This document shows, one piece after another, positions 12,681 to 26,858 of a DNA stretch of 64,000 nt. Position 1 is the first letter of the stretch, and each line of letters starts with the position of its first letter. The position numbers and the translations under genes were made by a program. Below the pieces are notes generated by a model. It saw only the letters and a program-made list of their open reading frames with translations. It did no database searches and was not told the DNA's origin. Origin of the DNA: Octopus vulgaris (taxonomy: Eukaryota); NCBI GenBank assembly GCA_951406725.2, contig OX597842.1, positions 24,924,001-24,988,000 of the forward strand, read 5' to 3'.

Positions 12681-14304
12681 AATAGAGAAATGAATTAGAA
12701 TAACATTTAAGCAAAGCAGGACTGCATTGAACATTTTAGGCTCTAGAATTCATATTTGACAGCTGTATTATCTTTTGGCCACACTATTACAAATGCTTTC
12801 ACCATGCATGCTGATCCGTATGCTCTGAAGTTCATCCGAATGGAATGTCTTTGGAATTTTTGAGTAGTTATTTACATATAGTGGACGCGCATGGCTTCGT
12901 GTTTAGGGGTGTTGGAGTCATAATTTTGCAGTCGTCGTTTCAATTCCTGGACCGCGTGATGCGTTGTGTTCTTGAGCAGAACACTTTATTTCTCATTGCT
13001 TCGGTGCACTCAGATGGTAAACAGGAAGTAATTCTGCACTGGACCAGCGTCTTGTCTGTGGAGGAATATATATGGCAGAGAAACCAGCAAACCAGCCCTG
13101 TGGTCCTGATGGAATAATGTGGATTAAATATATACTTCGTGGGAGCATTCGCAAGTCCCTTAACCCCTTGGGTGTCAGTGGGGTGCTGGGTGAGAAAGCC
13201 TTGTGGAGCCTGTCCCTCTCCAGGCTAATCTAATTTTTGCCAGCTGAGTGGCCTGGAGTAACGTGAGGTGAAGGGTTTTGCCCAAGAGCACAACAGATCA
13301 ACCAGTCCAAGGATCGAAACCTCAGTCATACATTTGTCACCGCAACAATCTAAGCATGAGGCTACAGGTTATCAGTCCATCAAGGGGTTACTTATTTACA
13401 GCCGAGTGGACTGGGGCAATGTGAAATGAAGTGTTTTGCTCAAAAACATAACATTGCCCTGTCCAGGAATTGAAACCACAATTTTATGGTTGTGAATCCA
13501 ACACCCTAACCACTAAGCAACATGCCTCCACTAGTGGTAATCATTTATACAGCTGAGTGGATTGGAGCAACATGAAATGAAGTGTTTTGCTCAAGAACGC
13601 AACGGATTGCCCAGTCCAGGGATTGAAACCACAACCTTACAATCATATGGGAGCATGAAGAAATTAATTCAGAATGTCTATTCTTTAGTCTTTCATTCTT
13701 TTACTTGTTTCGGTCATTTGACTGCAGCCATGCTGGAGCACTGTTTGGAAGGGTTTTAGTTGAACAAATTGACCCCAGGACTTATTTCTTAAACCTAGTA
13801 CTTATTCTATTGGCTTCCTTTTTGGCGAGCTAAGTTACAGGAATATAAACACACCAACACCGTTTTTCAAGTAATGAAGGTGTGGGGGAGGGGGGACAAA
13901 TGCAGGCACAAACAAACACACACACATACAACAGATTTCTTTCAGTTTCTGTCTACCAAATCCACTCACAAGGTTTTGGTCAGCCTGAGGCTATAGTAGA
14001 AGACACTTGCCCAAGGTGCCACACAGTAGGACTGAACCCAGACCCATGTGGTTGGGAAGCAAGCTTCTTATCACACAGTGACAAGTGTGCCTAATAAAAG
14101 CAATGAGGGGAGAGTGTGTTCACTGACAAAATTCCGTGCTATTATATATATATATATATATGTTACAGAGATGTACTTGCATAGCAAGTGACCTGATCTG
14201 AGATCGTGTGCTAGAATGAAAACATTTGCAGCATGGATGGTGTTTATAAGCCATTTAAGAAACACACAAAACCCCATCAGATTCACTTCAAGAATTAAAT
14301 TTAA

Positions 14305-14356
14305 TTTTCCAAAATATTTTCGTCGTTTTGAGACCGCGACCTGTTCACTGACAAAA
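14305..14356 (-). ncRNA. Hammerhead-like motif (type I, G3:C8 core variant) in a Penelope-type repeat
   Basis: Minus strand: ttttgtca GUGAACA g gtcg(cggtctcaaaa)cgac GAAA atat UU tggaaaa; palindromic stem III AAAAUAUUUU. Confidence 0.45.
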
Positions 14357-14611
14357 TTTCCTTGCTAAAATATTAGAAATAGGATAGGATAATTTAGAAA
14401 TGAAGCAGAACTCAATAGAAAATTTTTGGCTCTAGAATTTGTATTTAATATTTGGATTATCTTTTGCTCACACTACAACAAATGGTTTCACCACAATTAG
14501 TGAAATGGTATGGTTTTAGGTTTGTCTGAATAGAATATCATGGGAATTTTTAACTAGTTATTTACGTATATGGGAGTGTAAAGAAATTAATTTGCAATGT
14601 TTTTCTTTTAA

Positions 14612-14832
14612 ACCTTTAGCGTTTAAACCAGCCGTATCAGGTCCAAATATTCTACATGTTTTACGTTAAAACTGACCAAATTCAGCCTCTTAGGCCTATT
14701 GTGAAATGTCATTTTAAAAATATACTCTCACGTCACTGGAATTTAGAAGCAAAGAGATAGTGCAGGATTAATTCAAGTCAATTTGAATAAATAAGCATTA
14801 TGCTTGATACAATACATCTGAATGCTAAAAGG
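14612..14832. mobile_element. piggyBac-type MITE (same family as 16479-16699), diverged
   Basis: ttaa|acctttagcgttt ... aatgctaaaagg|ttaa. Confidence 0.7.
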
Positions 14833-16478
14833 TTAAATATGCTGGAGAGTAAATCAAGAGATGCTAAGCTCAATATTGTGAGATCAATTCTCACCAACTA
14901 ACCTCCTGATCAAATGATTCTTTAGTTTTATTTATTTCAAGAAACAACTAGGTGGCGAGCCGGTAGAGACGTTAGCACACCGGGCAAAATGCTTAGCAGT
15001 ATTTTGTTTGCCGTTACGTTCTGAGTTCAAATTCTGCCGAGGTCGACTTTGCTTTTCATCCTTTTGGGGTCGATAAATTAAGTACCAGTTACGCACTGAA
15101 GTTGATGTAATCGACTTAATCCCGTTGTCTGTCCTTGTTGGGCAGTAAAGAAATTAGAAACAGCTAGCTTTCTAACTCTGTTTTATGAAGTTCAACCTAC
15201 ACTAGTGAATGTGTGAAAAACAGAATAGGGAATTCTGAATAAAAACTAGTTTTTAAATGTGGAATGGCTATGCGGGGCGGGGGGGGGGGGTCTACTAGAA
15301 GAAAATGGTAATCAAAGGAGTCGATACATAAAAAAATGGTTGATAGCTATTACTGTAAATACAAAAAGCAATAATTTTCTTTCAACTTTAAAGCATAGTG
15401 ATGTTTATATAAGGTGACAAATTTTGTAGATACTATAACTTTTATGAAGCTGGTGAAAATGTTTATAACCAAAATAATGTAAATCAAATAAAATGCAACT
15501 GTGTTCCCTGAATATATGTCCAGTGAATGGAAATTGCTTGCCAGGATCAGTGGTACATGCAGCTCCTGTTATATCTAGTTTTAACCCTAATGAAATTGAA
15601 TTGTGTTAACTGCAAATAGATTTAAAGACAGTTTTGACTAACATAAATATACATTTTGAATAGTACAAATAATTGGAATTGTGTTGGCTTCAAATTTTGG
15701 CACAAGGCTAGCAATTTTATGGAATGGAGTAAGTTGATTATATCGACCTCAGTGCTTAACTGGTACTTATTTTATTGACTTCAAAAAGATGAAAGGCAAA
15801 TTCAGCCTCAACAGAATTTGAACTTGGAACAAAGCTGGATAAAATACTGCTAAGCATTTTGCCTAGCATGTTAATTCTTTTCTACTCTAGGCACAAGGCC
15901 TGAAATTTGGGGAGGGGGCTAGTCGATTAGATTGACCCCAGTATGCAACTGGTACTTAATTTATTGATCCCTGAAAGGAAAAAAGGTGAAGTTTACCATG
16001 GCGGAATTTGAACTCAGAACATAAAGACAGATGAAGTACCAGTAAGCATTTCGTCTGGCATGCTAGCATTTCTGCCATCTCACTGCAATATATTAGCAGA
16101 ACACCTTGCTATATAGAAATATATTTCCTGTCATCAAATGGCTGTCATCATTATCATTGTTTTAACATTTTGTTTTTTATCGGACAGAATTCTTTGCGAT
16201 AGATTTTTTGACTTTGTCAGAAGTTAATATTCCCCCATGGACAGATAACATTTATATAGGGGTTGCAAAGGACCAACATTGCTTGTATGACTGTGACACT
16301 CCTTTACAAATACCATGCTATGTCACACGAACTTCTTTACCGCGTATTCAATGCCTTAAAATATTTCTCAAACTAGGACTTCCAGAAACTAGTCCTCACA
16401 TATACAATTAAACGTTTGTTGAAGCTTATGTATAATAGAGAAAAGCTACTGGTTTTAGAATACTGAACCAATCCTTAA

Positions 16479-16699
16479 CCCTTTAGCATTTAAACCGGCC
16501 ATATCCAGCCAAAAGTATTCTGCCTGTTTTATGTTCAGCATGGCCAGATCTGGTCTCTCACACCAACCCTACAAGATCATTTGAAAAATTAACAGCTACC
16601 TCATCAAAATCTCATAGCTACAAGATAATGCATGATTAGTTCAAAACAATATGGATAAAAAAGGATTAATTTTGGCAGAATAATGTGAACACTAAAGGG
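16479..16699. mobile_element. piggyBac-type MITE with TTAA target duplication
   Basis: ttaa|ccctttagcatt ... aacactaaaggg|ttaa; homologous to the 14612 and 20549 copies. Confidence 0.8.
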
Positions 16700-17091
16700 T
16701 TAAACAAGCAATCTGAATTCATTTCTTCATGCCTTCATACGTGTAGATACCCACTTAAAAATCTTGATGACATCCCATTCAGTGTAACTTAAAGGCATAC
16801 TCTAACTTGGATTGCTTTATCTTTTGCGACATCTTTGCCTCATTCTAGCAGATTAGTGTCTGTGAATATGGATGTTGTGTGTTTAAAAGATGGAATTTGA
16901 GTAGAAAGAAAGAGCTTTGGTTTTATGATATTACAAAGTATCTTCAGAGAAGTGATATGATTTAATTGAAATAATTTATGTTGGAACAAAATTTCTGTGC
17001 ATATATTTAAAACTCAATTAATTAAGGATCCTATGTTCCGAATATGTGTTACAAATTTATATAAGTCTCTGTGTATGTATGCATATATATA

Positions 17092-17316
17092 AAGTATATT
17101 TGCCACTTAAATGTGGGTAACCCTTAAGGGTGGATGGTACTGTAGCTTGTAGCCCCAGGAGGACACCTCCTCTAACTGACTATTGACACACTTTCTGTGC
17201 CCTATCAGTATTTGCAAAGGGAAGCCATCCTTCCCATATTCAACCTGTATGGTTCAAACGGACTCAGGTAGCATCCACCCTTAGGGGTTAGCCACATTTA
17301 AGTGGCAAATATACTT
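17092..17316. mobile_element. MITE-like element with terminal inverted repeats of about 50 bp
   Basis: aagtatatttgccacttaaatgtgg...gggtggatg pairs with catccaccc...ccacatttaagtggcaaatatactt; same family as 52218-52476. Confidence 0.75.
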
Positions 17317-17545
17317 CACAATGTTGTGCAGTCACTGTTTATACCTTGCTCAGAGATTTATTAGTTATATATATTTATATATATATATATGTGAGTAGAA
17401 TATATATAAGTACATATGTACACGTGTGTGTAGATAGATATACATACACATGAATATGTAAGGGAGTATGCCTATATATGTATAGATACATGAAAGTGTA
17501 TATATGTATTTAGGTGTATGGGAATAGATGTGTGTTTATAAATGG

Positions 17546-17576
<31 letters not shown>

Positions 17577-18149
17577 CACACATACTCACATACAAAGAAA
17601 GAGACATCCATACATACGTGTATGTATGTCTATATATTTGTAAATGTGTATATATGAATATATTAAGATATATCTATATATATGTGTGTATATATGAGTA
17701 TATAAATATGTATATCTATCTATCTATATATATTTATGCAGATATATATCTATCTATCTATCTATATATGTGTGCAGCCCTGTGTGGCTAATAAACATAT
17801 ATATATATATATATTCATATCTATATGTATGTGTGTACACAGATGCCTGTATATACATGCACATTTGTGGATATATATATATATATAATAACAAAATAAT
17901 AAATATATATATTTCTCTTCGTTTGCTCTTGGATGTGTTAGTACGATTGTTGTACTCATGACATGTAACTGTGCTAGAATCCTGTGTCCATAGCTGTCCT
18001 TTTATGATAAACACGTCCTTTTCTTGAATGTCATGTCAACCTTGGAGTATTCTTGATTCTTCAATTATCTCCCTTCATCATGTACAAGTGGAGATAATTT
18101 AAGTTAATCAGGAAAATAATATTGTATGGTATTTAATACAGCTGTATTT

Positions 18150-18466
18150 GTCTATACACACACACACACACACACACATACCTGTGTATATATATATATA
18201 TATATATATACATATATATACATACATACATACACACATCTGTATATGTGTGTATGTATATATATATGTGTGTGTGTGTATGTGTATATATATATATATA
18301 CACGCACATGTGTTTTAAATATGTATACACCTGTGTATGTATATATATATATATATATATATGTACACACACACACGTGTGTTTTAAATATGCATACACA
18401 TGATGAAGAAAAAGGAGTGGATATGTTTATGATCTAAATGCCCGTATATGTGTGTGAATATATATA

Positions 18467-18506
<40 letters not shown>

Positions 18507-18578
18507 AAATCAACAAGTTTCAATATGTATGTATATATATATTATTATATATGTATATATGAAAGAAGTTGTATAATA

Positions 18579-18609
<31 letters not shown>

Positions 18610-18649
18610 ATATATGTATGTATATATATGTATATATATATATGTATGT

Positions 18650-18690
<41 letters not shown>

Positions 18691-18861
18691 TGTATTATGT
18701 ATATATATATGTATATGTATATATATATGTATGTATATATATATGTATGTATATATATATATGTATGTATATATATATATGTATGTATATATATATATAT
18801 GTATATATATATGTATGTATATATATGTATATATATATATGTATGTATATATATATGTATG

Positions 18862-18898
<37 letters not shown>

Positions 18899-19150
18899 GT
18901 ATGTATATATATGTATGTATGTATATGTATGTATATGTATATGTATGTATGTATATGTATGTATATGTATGTATATGTATGTATATGTATGTATATATAT
19001 GTATGTATATGTATGTATGTATATGTATGTATATGTATATATATGTATGTATATGTATGTATATGTATGTATATGTATGTATATGTATGTATATGTATAT
19101 ATATGTGTATGTATGCGTATGTATATGTGTGTATGTATGTGCACATGTGT
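18150..19150. repeat. Compound (TA)n/(TATG)n microsatellite
   Basis: Directly visible. Confidence 0.95.
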
Positions 19151-19563
19151 GTTTGTTTACATCTGTACTTATCTGAAAAGCCATGTTGTTCATTCCCTTA
19201 TTCACTTTGTACTTTGTTTTCTGTCCTTTAATTGCTCGCTCGCTTCGTATCTTTGAAGCCTTGTGGAATACGAGATCCCTTAATTTGAAAAGAGGTAAGG
19301 TTTAGCATCAGGATGTGCATCCGTCTGCAAAAGAATGCTGCTATAACCCATTGTTGATTGTTGCTGTTTGTTTTTGTTTTACCTGCCCCAATTTTATTTT
19401 TATTTTAGTTTCTTTTTTTTTTTTTTAAGTATTTAGATTAATTCGTTTTCAAATCAGCTACGGATTAGTGTTAATTGATGTAGTGCTGCACTCTTATCAC
19501 ACGCACACACACACACACACACAAACACACATTAATTATACATTCATATGATACACACACATG

Positions 19564-19599
<36 letters not shown>

Positions 19600-19601
19600 T
19601 G

Positions 19602-19653
<52 letters not shown>

Positions 19654-19660
19654 CATATAT

Positions 19661-19705
<45 letters not shown>

Positions 19706-19715
19706 CACACACACA

Positions 19716-19821
19716 TGAGGGGTGTATAAAAAGTCTTGAGTCTCAAAAAAGCAAAACATGGGACAAGACTTCTGGTGAAGGTACAAGACTTCAAGGCTCA
19801 AAACTTTTCATACACTCCTTG
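19716..19821. mobile_element. Short mariner-like MITE
   Basis: gaggggtgtataaaaagtcttgagtct is an imperfect inverted match to aggctcaaaacttttcatacactcctt; a similar element lies at about 39230-39420. Confidence 0.5.
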
Positions 19822-19844
19822 TATACATACATACATACATACAT

Positions 19845-19890
<46 letters not shown>

Positions 19891-20381
19891 ATATATATAT
19901 ATATATATTCTGTCTATGTACATGTATGTATATATATTAAATATGAGGTGGTGCATGGCCGCAGTCAAATGACTCAAAAGAATATATGTATATATATATA
20001 TATACACACACACACAAGCACACATACACACACAAGTGAGTGGATAAATGAAAGAAGGGCATTCAACACATTTGTTTGGAGTTACATGCATGGATCAAAA
20101 GAGTTTGATTCAAATTCATTGGTACTCAGAGTTTCAAGCATTATGCTAATCTTCAGTCATTTTGAATTTGAGTCAAATTCAAAAGTGGCTGAAGATTTGC
20201 ATCACGCTTGAAACTCAGATGCACAAATGAATTTGAATTGTGTGTGTGTGTGTGTGTGTGTAAAACTAACTGTGTAACTTTTATTTTAAGTGTCAAAAGT
20301 GTATTGTACAATATATATATCAGATATTTTTTCTAACAGCAATTCTGCGTTCGAAAAAAATGTCATTTCATTTGTATTGTA

Positions 20382-20425
<44 letters not shown>

Positions 20426-20548
20426 TTTACATATTTAGATTTGAAGGCTAAGGATATATATTTTGATCAGCTTTGAAAGTTATTTTGGCTTTTTGTCAGC
20501 ATCATTTTAACATGAAGAGGTTATTAAAGATGCAATTCAAACGATTAA

Positions 20549-21164
20549 CCTTTTAGCATTCAAACCCTCCATATCCAGCCAAAATATTTTATCTGTCCTA
20601 TGTTTAACCTGGCCAGACCTCCCCTCTGCCATCTACCCTATAATCTCATTCTAAAATTATCCAATCATCGTCATCAAAATCCCAAAGCTTTGAGATACTG
20701 CATAATTAATTAAAAATTAATTAAAAACTGGAATAGATGAGCATTACATATGAAATTGTCACCCATAATTATGACCCTAGTATCGATCTATTGCATTTCA
20801 ATCTGTTTTAGGGTTAGGGGTGGGGGGAAGGGTATCTTTTTTTCCTTCAGAAATTTAAATAAACCCAATCTGTTTCTTAAATGAGGGACATATTCATACG
20901 GCACAGAATGCTTTTTAACTCAATAGACGTCATTGATTGGTTGAAATTGCAGAAATTGAAGAAAAGAAAGAACAAATATCTTACAAACTATAGAATTTTC
21001 TCAATAAAGCCAAGAGAAAAAGATGTTTTATAAACACATTCTACCAGTATACAAAGTTTAAATTTTTTTAGTGACCTAGAAATTATGTTAAAAACTGCCG
21101 GTCAAACTGAAAAGATCCCAAAAATGGGTTTTACATTTGACAGTGTAACCTGAATGCTAAAGAG
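20549..21164. mobile_element. piggyBac-type MITE interrupted by an insertion of about 380 bp (20750-21130)
   Basis: TTAA flanks and homology to 16479-16699 on both sides; insert flanked by TTACAT direct repeats. Confidence 0.7.
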
Positions 21165-22131
21165 TTAAATTGGCTAAAATTGATCTCAATATTTGATTGG
21201 TACCGATTTTATTGATACATACATACCCATACACATGCACACTTACACTTTGAACCCAGTGGAGAGTACAAACGGAAGCAAAGTAGAGAACGTCAGGCAG
21301 ATACAGTGACAGATATCTATTGAAGAAGTATAAAATGATTGACATTGTGAAGCCGTTATTAGTTGCGTGTGTTTTGCCGAGTGAAATTTTGTGATTAATT
21401 GTTTTGGTTGGATGGATGAAGATAAAGCTGCTTTTGTGAAAAATGCTTTTCTGTTTGTACCTCTTTGTACAACGAGGGGTGCTCAATTTATCTAAGTTGA
21501 GCCACCCTTGTTGTGTAACTTCCATTAGAGGATCTGCTGGCTAAGAAACATATGTAGGCTGCATTTTACCTGTTCCACTCCCTCAATTTGTATTTGTGTG
21601 TGTGTGTATATGTGTATATAATTGTCAAAAGTTAAGAAAGTGACTAAAGTTGTTGATAGTTTTGTGCAAGGCATGCGCAAAACTGTTGACCCTAGAGTCA
21701 CTTTGTTAGCTTCTCTCGATAAAAATATTTAAAACATCATTTCACATACATACCCATATACACATATATGTTTCTGGTGTAGGCATAAGGCCTGAAATTT
21801 GATGGTGGGATGTTGGGGTGGGCTGATAGTTGAAGTCGTCGATCCTGTTACTTGATTGGTGTGTTTTTTACTTCATCAACCCCTGAATGGATGAACGGTC
21901 ACCTTGACCTTAAAATGTGGATGAAAAAAGACCTAACTAAATAGTACATGCACACAGACAGACAGACATATATTTGGCGTTAGGAAGTGCATCCAACCGT
22001 AGAAATCTTGCCAAAGCAGACATGGAGCCCACGCAGTGCTATAGCTGGCCAATTCCTGTTTCGAGAACTGATGATAAAAGATGATGAGGATGATATGTAT
22101 ACACGTGTGTATGTCTGTGTGTGTGTGTGTG

Positions 22132-22171
<40 letters not shown>

Positions 22172-22195
22172 CACACACATACATGCACACACATA

Positions 22196-22435
22196 CAGAG
22201 TGTCCATAAATTATCTTTACAATTTGAAAAAATATTTGTGGAAAAAATTGAAAATAAGGATACCTTAACAGAGTTAATTGGAAAACATAGGCAAACAAAT
22301 AGTGTTAATTTGAAACATCAGACCACTCGTATATGGGTTCCATTTGTGGCACGCAACCTGCTGAGTTATCCTTATTTTTTTTATTTCTTTTTCCTGAATT
22401 TCTTCAAATTGTAAAGGTAATTTACGAACACCCTG
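22196..22435. mobile_element. Tc1/mariner-type MITE with TA target duplication
   Basis: ta|cagagtgtccataaattatctttacaatttga ... tcaaattgtaaaggtaatttacgaacaccctg|ta. Confidence 0.8.
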
Positions 22436-22842
22436 TATTTAGGTTTGGTGATGCAAAACAGCCAAGGGATATTGTAACTGTGGCCAGGTCCAATGACCTG
22501 TAAAAGGTGCCAGTGACGCGTAAAAGGCACCCACTACACTCTTGGAGTGGTTGGCGTAAGAAAGTGCATCTCGCTGGAGCCTGGTATACTACTCTCTGAC
22601 TTACCTGTTCCAGACAAACTGTCTAACCAATGCCAGCATAGAAAACAGATGGTGAATGATGATGATGATATATATACACTCGGCTTTTTTTATTGATAAT
22701 TGGCAAAAGTTACAGTATGACTGAAAGGCTGAGAATTCTGTGTGTTGGAAATGTGTAAATATAGAAACACCATGATTTGAAACTAGTCTGGTCACTGCCT
22801 ATGCATGAACTTTTCAGCCATTGAGTCATTCTGTAACTTCTA

Positions 22843-22899
<57 letters not shown>

Positions 22900-23084
22900 C
22901 ATACACACATATGGAGACTGATAACCCATTGGTTACAACGCTGTGTGATCCAGTTGATCTGATCAACGGAATGACCTGCTTGTGAAAGTAATGTGCATGC
23001 GGCTGAGCGCTCCACAGACACCATGTGTGCTCTTAGTGTGGTTCTTGGGGATTCAGCGTGACACAATCTGACTCTTTACTCTCT

Positions 23085-23465
23085 CTCTCTTTTACTTGTT
23101 TCAGTCATTTGACTGCGGCCATGCTGGAGCACCGCCTTTAATTGAGCAACTCGACCCCAGGACTTATTCTTTTGCAAGCCCAGTACTTATCCTATCGGTC
23201 TCTTTTGCCGAACCGCTAAGTAACAGGGACATAAACACACCAGCATCAGTTGTCAAGCAATGCTAGGGACACACACACACACATATATATACATATATAC
23301 GACAGGCTTCTTTCAGTTTTCCGTCTACCAAATCCACTCACAAGGCTTTGGTCGGCCCGAGGCTATAGTAGGAGACACTTGCCCAAGGTGCCACGCAGTG
23401 GGACTGAACCCGGAACCATTTGGTTGGTAAACAAGCTACTTAACCACACAGCCACTCCTGCACCT
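23085..23465 (-). mobile_element. SINE family A, near full length
   Basis: Near-identical to 4937-5445, 29790-30212, 49145-49548 and 59210-59610. Confidence 0.85.
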
Positions 23466-24410
23466 GACGTGGCTGACCCTTTTGAAATACGGGTACTGTT
23501 CATTTCTGCAAGCTGAGTGGATTGGAGGGCAACATGAAATAAATAGTCTTGCTCAAGGATACACAAAAACTGGCCCTCCGTTGATTATGAAGAATGAGGG
23601 TTTCAGCTGATTTGATCAACAGAACAGCCTGCTTTTGAAATTAATTTACAAGTGACTGAGTACTCCACAGACATGCGTACCCTTAATGTAGTTCCCGAGG
23701 AGGTTCGGCATGGCACAGGGTGCGACAAGGCTGGCCCTTTGTATTACTGGCGCAACTCATTTTTGCCACCTGAGTGGACTGGAGCAACGTGAAATGAAGT
23801 GTCTTGCTCAAGGACAGAACACACCACTAGGGCTCTGTTGGTTATGACGGCAGATTCCTGTTGATCCGATTGATAGAACAGCCTGCTCGTGAAATTAGCA
23901 TATAAGTGGCTGAGCGCTCCACAGACATGCGTATCCTTGATGTAAACTCTCAGCTAGATTCAGTATGACACAAAGCAATGAGGCTGGCCATCCGATCGAT
24001 AGAGCAACCTGCTTGTGAAATTAACATATAAGTGGCTGAGTGCTCCACAGACACACGTACCCTTGATGTAACTCTTGGGGATATTCAGCGTGACACAAAG
24101 TAATGAGGCTGGCCCTTTGAAATATAGATACAACTCAATTTTCGCCAGCTGTGTGGACTGGAGCGACATGAAATGGAATGTCTTGCTGAGGAAGACAAAT
24201 ATGTCACCAGATATTGAACCCATGATTTTCCAGTCATGGTTCGAATACCATAACCACTAAGCCACACACCTTTTCTAGACACACACTTTCTCTCTCACAT
24301 ACACACACACACACGGCATTCACGGTCTATTTTACAAAACTCTGCCCAAGTACTGTGGTTCAATTCTTGCTTTCGATTTTCTTTTGTTCAATTTTAGGTT
24401 TTAAATTCCA

Positions 24411-24712
24411 CTAGCAGTATCGCCTGGCGTTGCTCGGGTTTGTAAGGGAAATAACTATATAAACATTTTTAGAGTTACTTCCCTTATATAAACCGAGCAA
24501 AAAATGCATTAAAAAAGCGAAAAAATGATGGTAATTTTTTTAAAAATCGTAGACTCATCGTAGACGCGCGCTAATACCCAGAAGGGCTCGATATGAATCA
24601 CGACTATAAGATACCCGCTTTTGGTTAAACTGCACCGCAAAATGTGGGAGTAGTTAGGAATCTAAATCAGAGTAGACAGACACACACACAACTTCAGTTA
24701 TATATATAAAGA
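24411..24712 (-). mobile_element. Non-autonomous Helitron
   Basis: Minus strand: A|TCtttatatatata... 5' end; GC-rich subterminal hairpin (cccgagcaacgccagg) then CTAG|T 3' end; inserted between A and T with no target duplication. Confidence 0.8.
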
Positions 24713-25374
24713 TTATCGTTGCTATCACATTTTCATCCTTTCGGGGTTGATAAAATCAATACCAGTTAAGCGCTGGGGTCCATGTCATCGGCTAGTCCTC
24801 CTCTCCCCAAATTTCAGGCCTTTTACCTATAGCAGAATAAGATTATTTTCCACCACCACCACAACAACAACAACAACAACAACAATTATTATTATTACTA
24901 TTATTACCACCTACTCCCTCTGCTGTTTTACCTTGTTGTTCTTAGTCCCCCCTTTTTTTTTTATTTAGTTGCTGTGTAAACCTTATTCAGCTGTGGCTCC
25001 CTATTTCCTCCTCCACGACCCCTGTTTTGTCCTGGCACATTTACACTTGCATGACCCCTTTTCTCTCTCTCTCTCTCTTCCTCTTCTTCTTTCTCTTTCT
25101 TTTACACATCTCACCACCACCACCACTGCTGTTTCTCCATCACTCCTGCCTTCCCCGTCACCACCTCAATACAACTTCGCCCCTCCCCCTCTGCCTCCCA
25201 CCACCTCTCCTGCATGGACTTGTCCAATCTCCCTCCCTCTCCCTCTCTCCCCCCTCTCTCTCTCCTTGTTTTTCTCTGTCTTTTCTGCTTTCTGTTTGCA
25301 TTGGTTTTGAGTATAACTTGTTTGTGTTTTTGTTAAATTTTTTTTTCTTGTTGCATGTCTGTTGTTGAGAAGCT

Positions 25375-25626
25375 CACACACACACACACACACACACACA
25401 TTCTTCCTTTCTCTCACACACATTCTATCTCTTTCACACACACATTCTATCTCTCTCTCACACACATACACATTCTTCCTTTCTCTCACACACACATTCT
25501 ATCTCTCATACACACACACACACTCTTCCTTTCTCTCACAAACATTCTATCTCTTTCACACACATTCTATCTCTCTCACACACACACACATTCTTCCTTT
25601 CTCTCTCACACACACATTCTATCTCT

Positions 25627-25660
<34 letters not shown>

Positions 25661-25957
25661 TCCTTTCTCTCACAAACATTCTATCTCTTTCACACACACA
25701 TTCTATCTCTCTCTCACACACACACACATTCTTCCTTTCTCTCTCACACACACACACACACTTCCTTTCTTTCACACACATTCTATCTCTCTCTCACACA
25801 CACACACATTCTTCCTTTCTCTCACACACACACACACACACTTCCTTTCTTTCACACACATTCTATCTCTCTCGCACACACACACACACAAACTCACACA
25901 TTCTTCCTTTCTCACACACATTCTATCTCTTTCACACACACACACACATTCTTCCTT

Positions 25958-25988
<31 letters not shown>

Positions 25989-26279
25989 AACTCACACATT
26001 CTTCCTTTCTCACACACACATTCTATCTCTTTCACACACATACACACATTCTTCCTTTCTCTCACACATTCTATCTCACACACACACACACACACACACA
26101 CACATTCTTATGCACATACTCCCTCCCTCTCTCTCTCTCTTTCTCGCACTCTCACATTCCCTTCACTCTCTCACACACTCTCTCTTTCTCATACACTCAT
26201 TTATACACATTCTCTCATACACTCACTCTCACCACACACCCTCTTACACATGCAATCTCACACACACACACTCTCTCAC

Positions 26280-26312
<33 letters not shown>
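25375..26312. repeat. (CA)n/(CT)n compound satellite with ttctatctct/ttcttccttt spacers
   Basis: Directly visible. Confidence 0.93.
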
Positions 26313-26314
<2 letters not shown>

Positions 26315-26858
26315 GAAGCACACACTATCAATGACTGCATCTTTTTTTCTCTTTCCTCTTCCCCCTCCATGCTGACTGACACGTTGGTTTGTTGGGTGTG
26401 GTCTATAAATATTAGACTTAGATTCCGTCCAAGCATCTTGGTCCTCTGCCATATTTGCATGAAACTTTGCCTGCTGTCTATGTCGCTGTTTCACTTAATT
26501 AAATTACCTTTGTGTTATAATTACAATTTATGCTTAATCACATTGTTGATTACAAGTTTCCAGCAGGCAGCCCCCCCGGTAATCTGCATTTCATTAGGGA
26601 GTACCAGATTGCTCCAGCTTTTCTTTCACTTTAGTTTCTTGCTGATGCTCGTTAGTAAATGATATACATGTGGATTTATATATATTTCCTAATGTCATAG
26701 TTCCAGGTTCAGTCCCACTGCGTGGCACCTTGGTAAGTGCCTTCTACTATAGCCTTTGGCCGACGAAAGCCTTGTGAGTGCATTTGGTACATGGAAACTA
26801 AAAGAAACTCGTGTGTATGTATGTATGTGTGTATGTATGTATATATATATATATATAT

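Noticed and set aside
18438-19256. ORFs of 190-272 aa
   Set aside because: Microsatellite translations.
21255-21560. Complex purine-rich segment as a possible cassette exon in the 19.4-kb intron
   Set aside because: Weak acceptor, early stops in the frames read, and no KAT6 similarity; the flanking exons already join in phase.
25355-26662. 435-aa and 337-aa ORFs
   Set aside because: CA/CT satellite translations.
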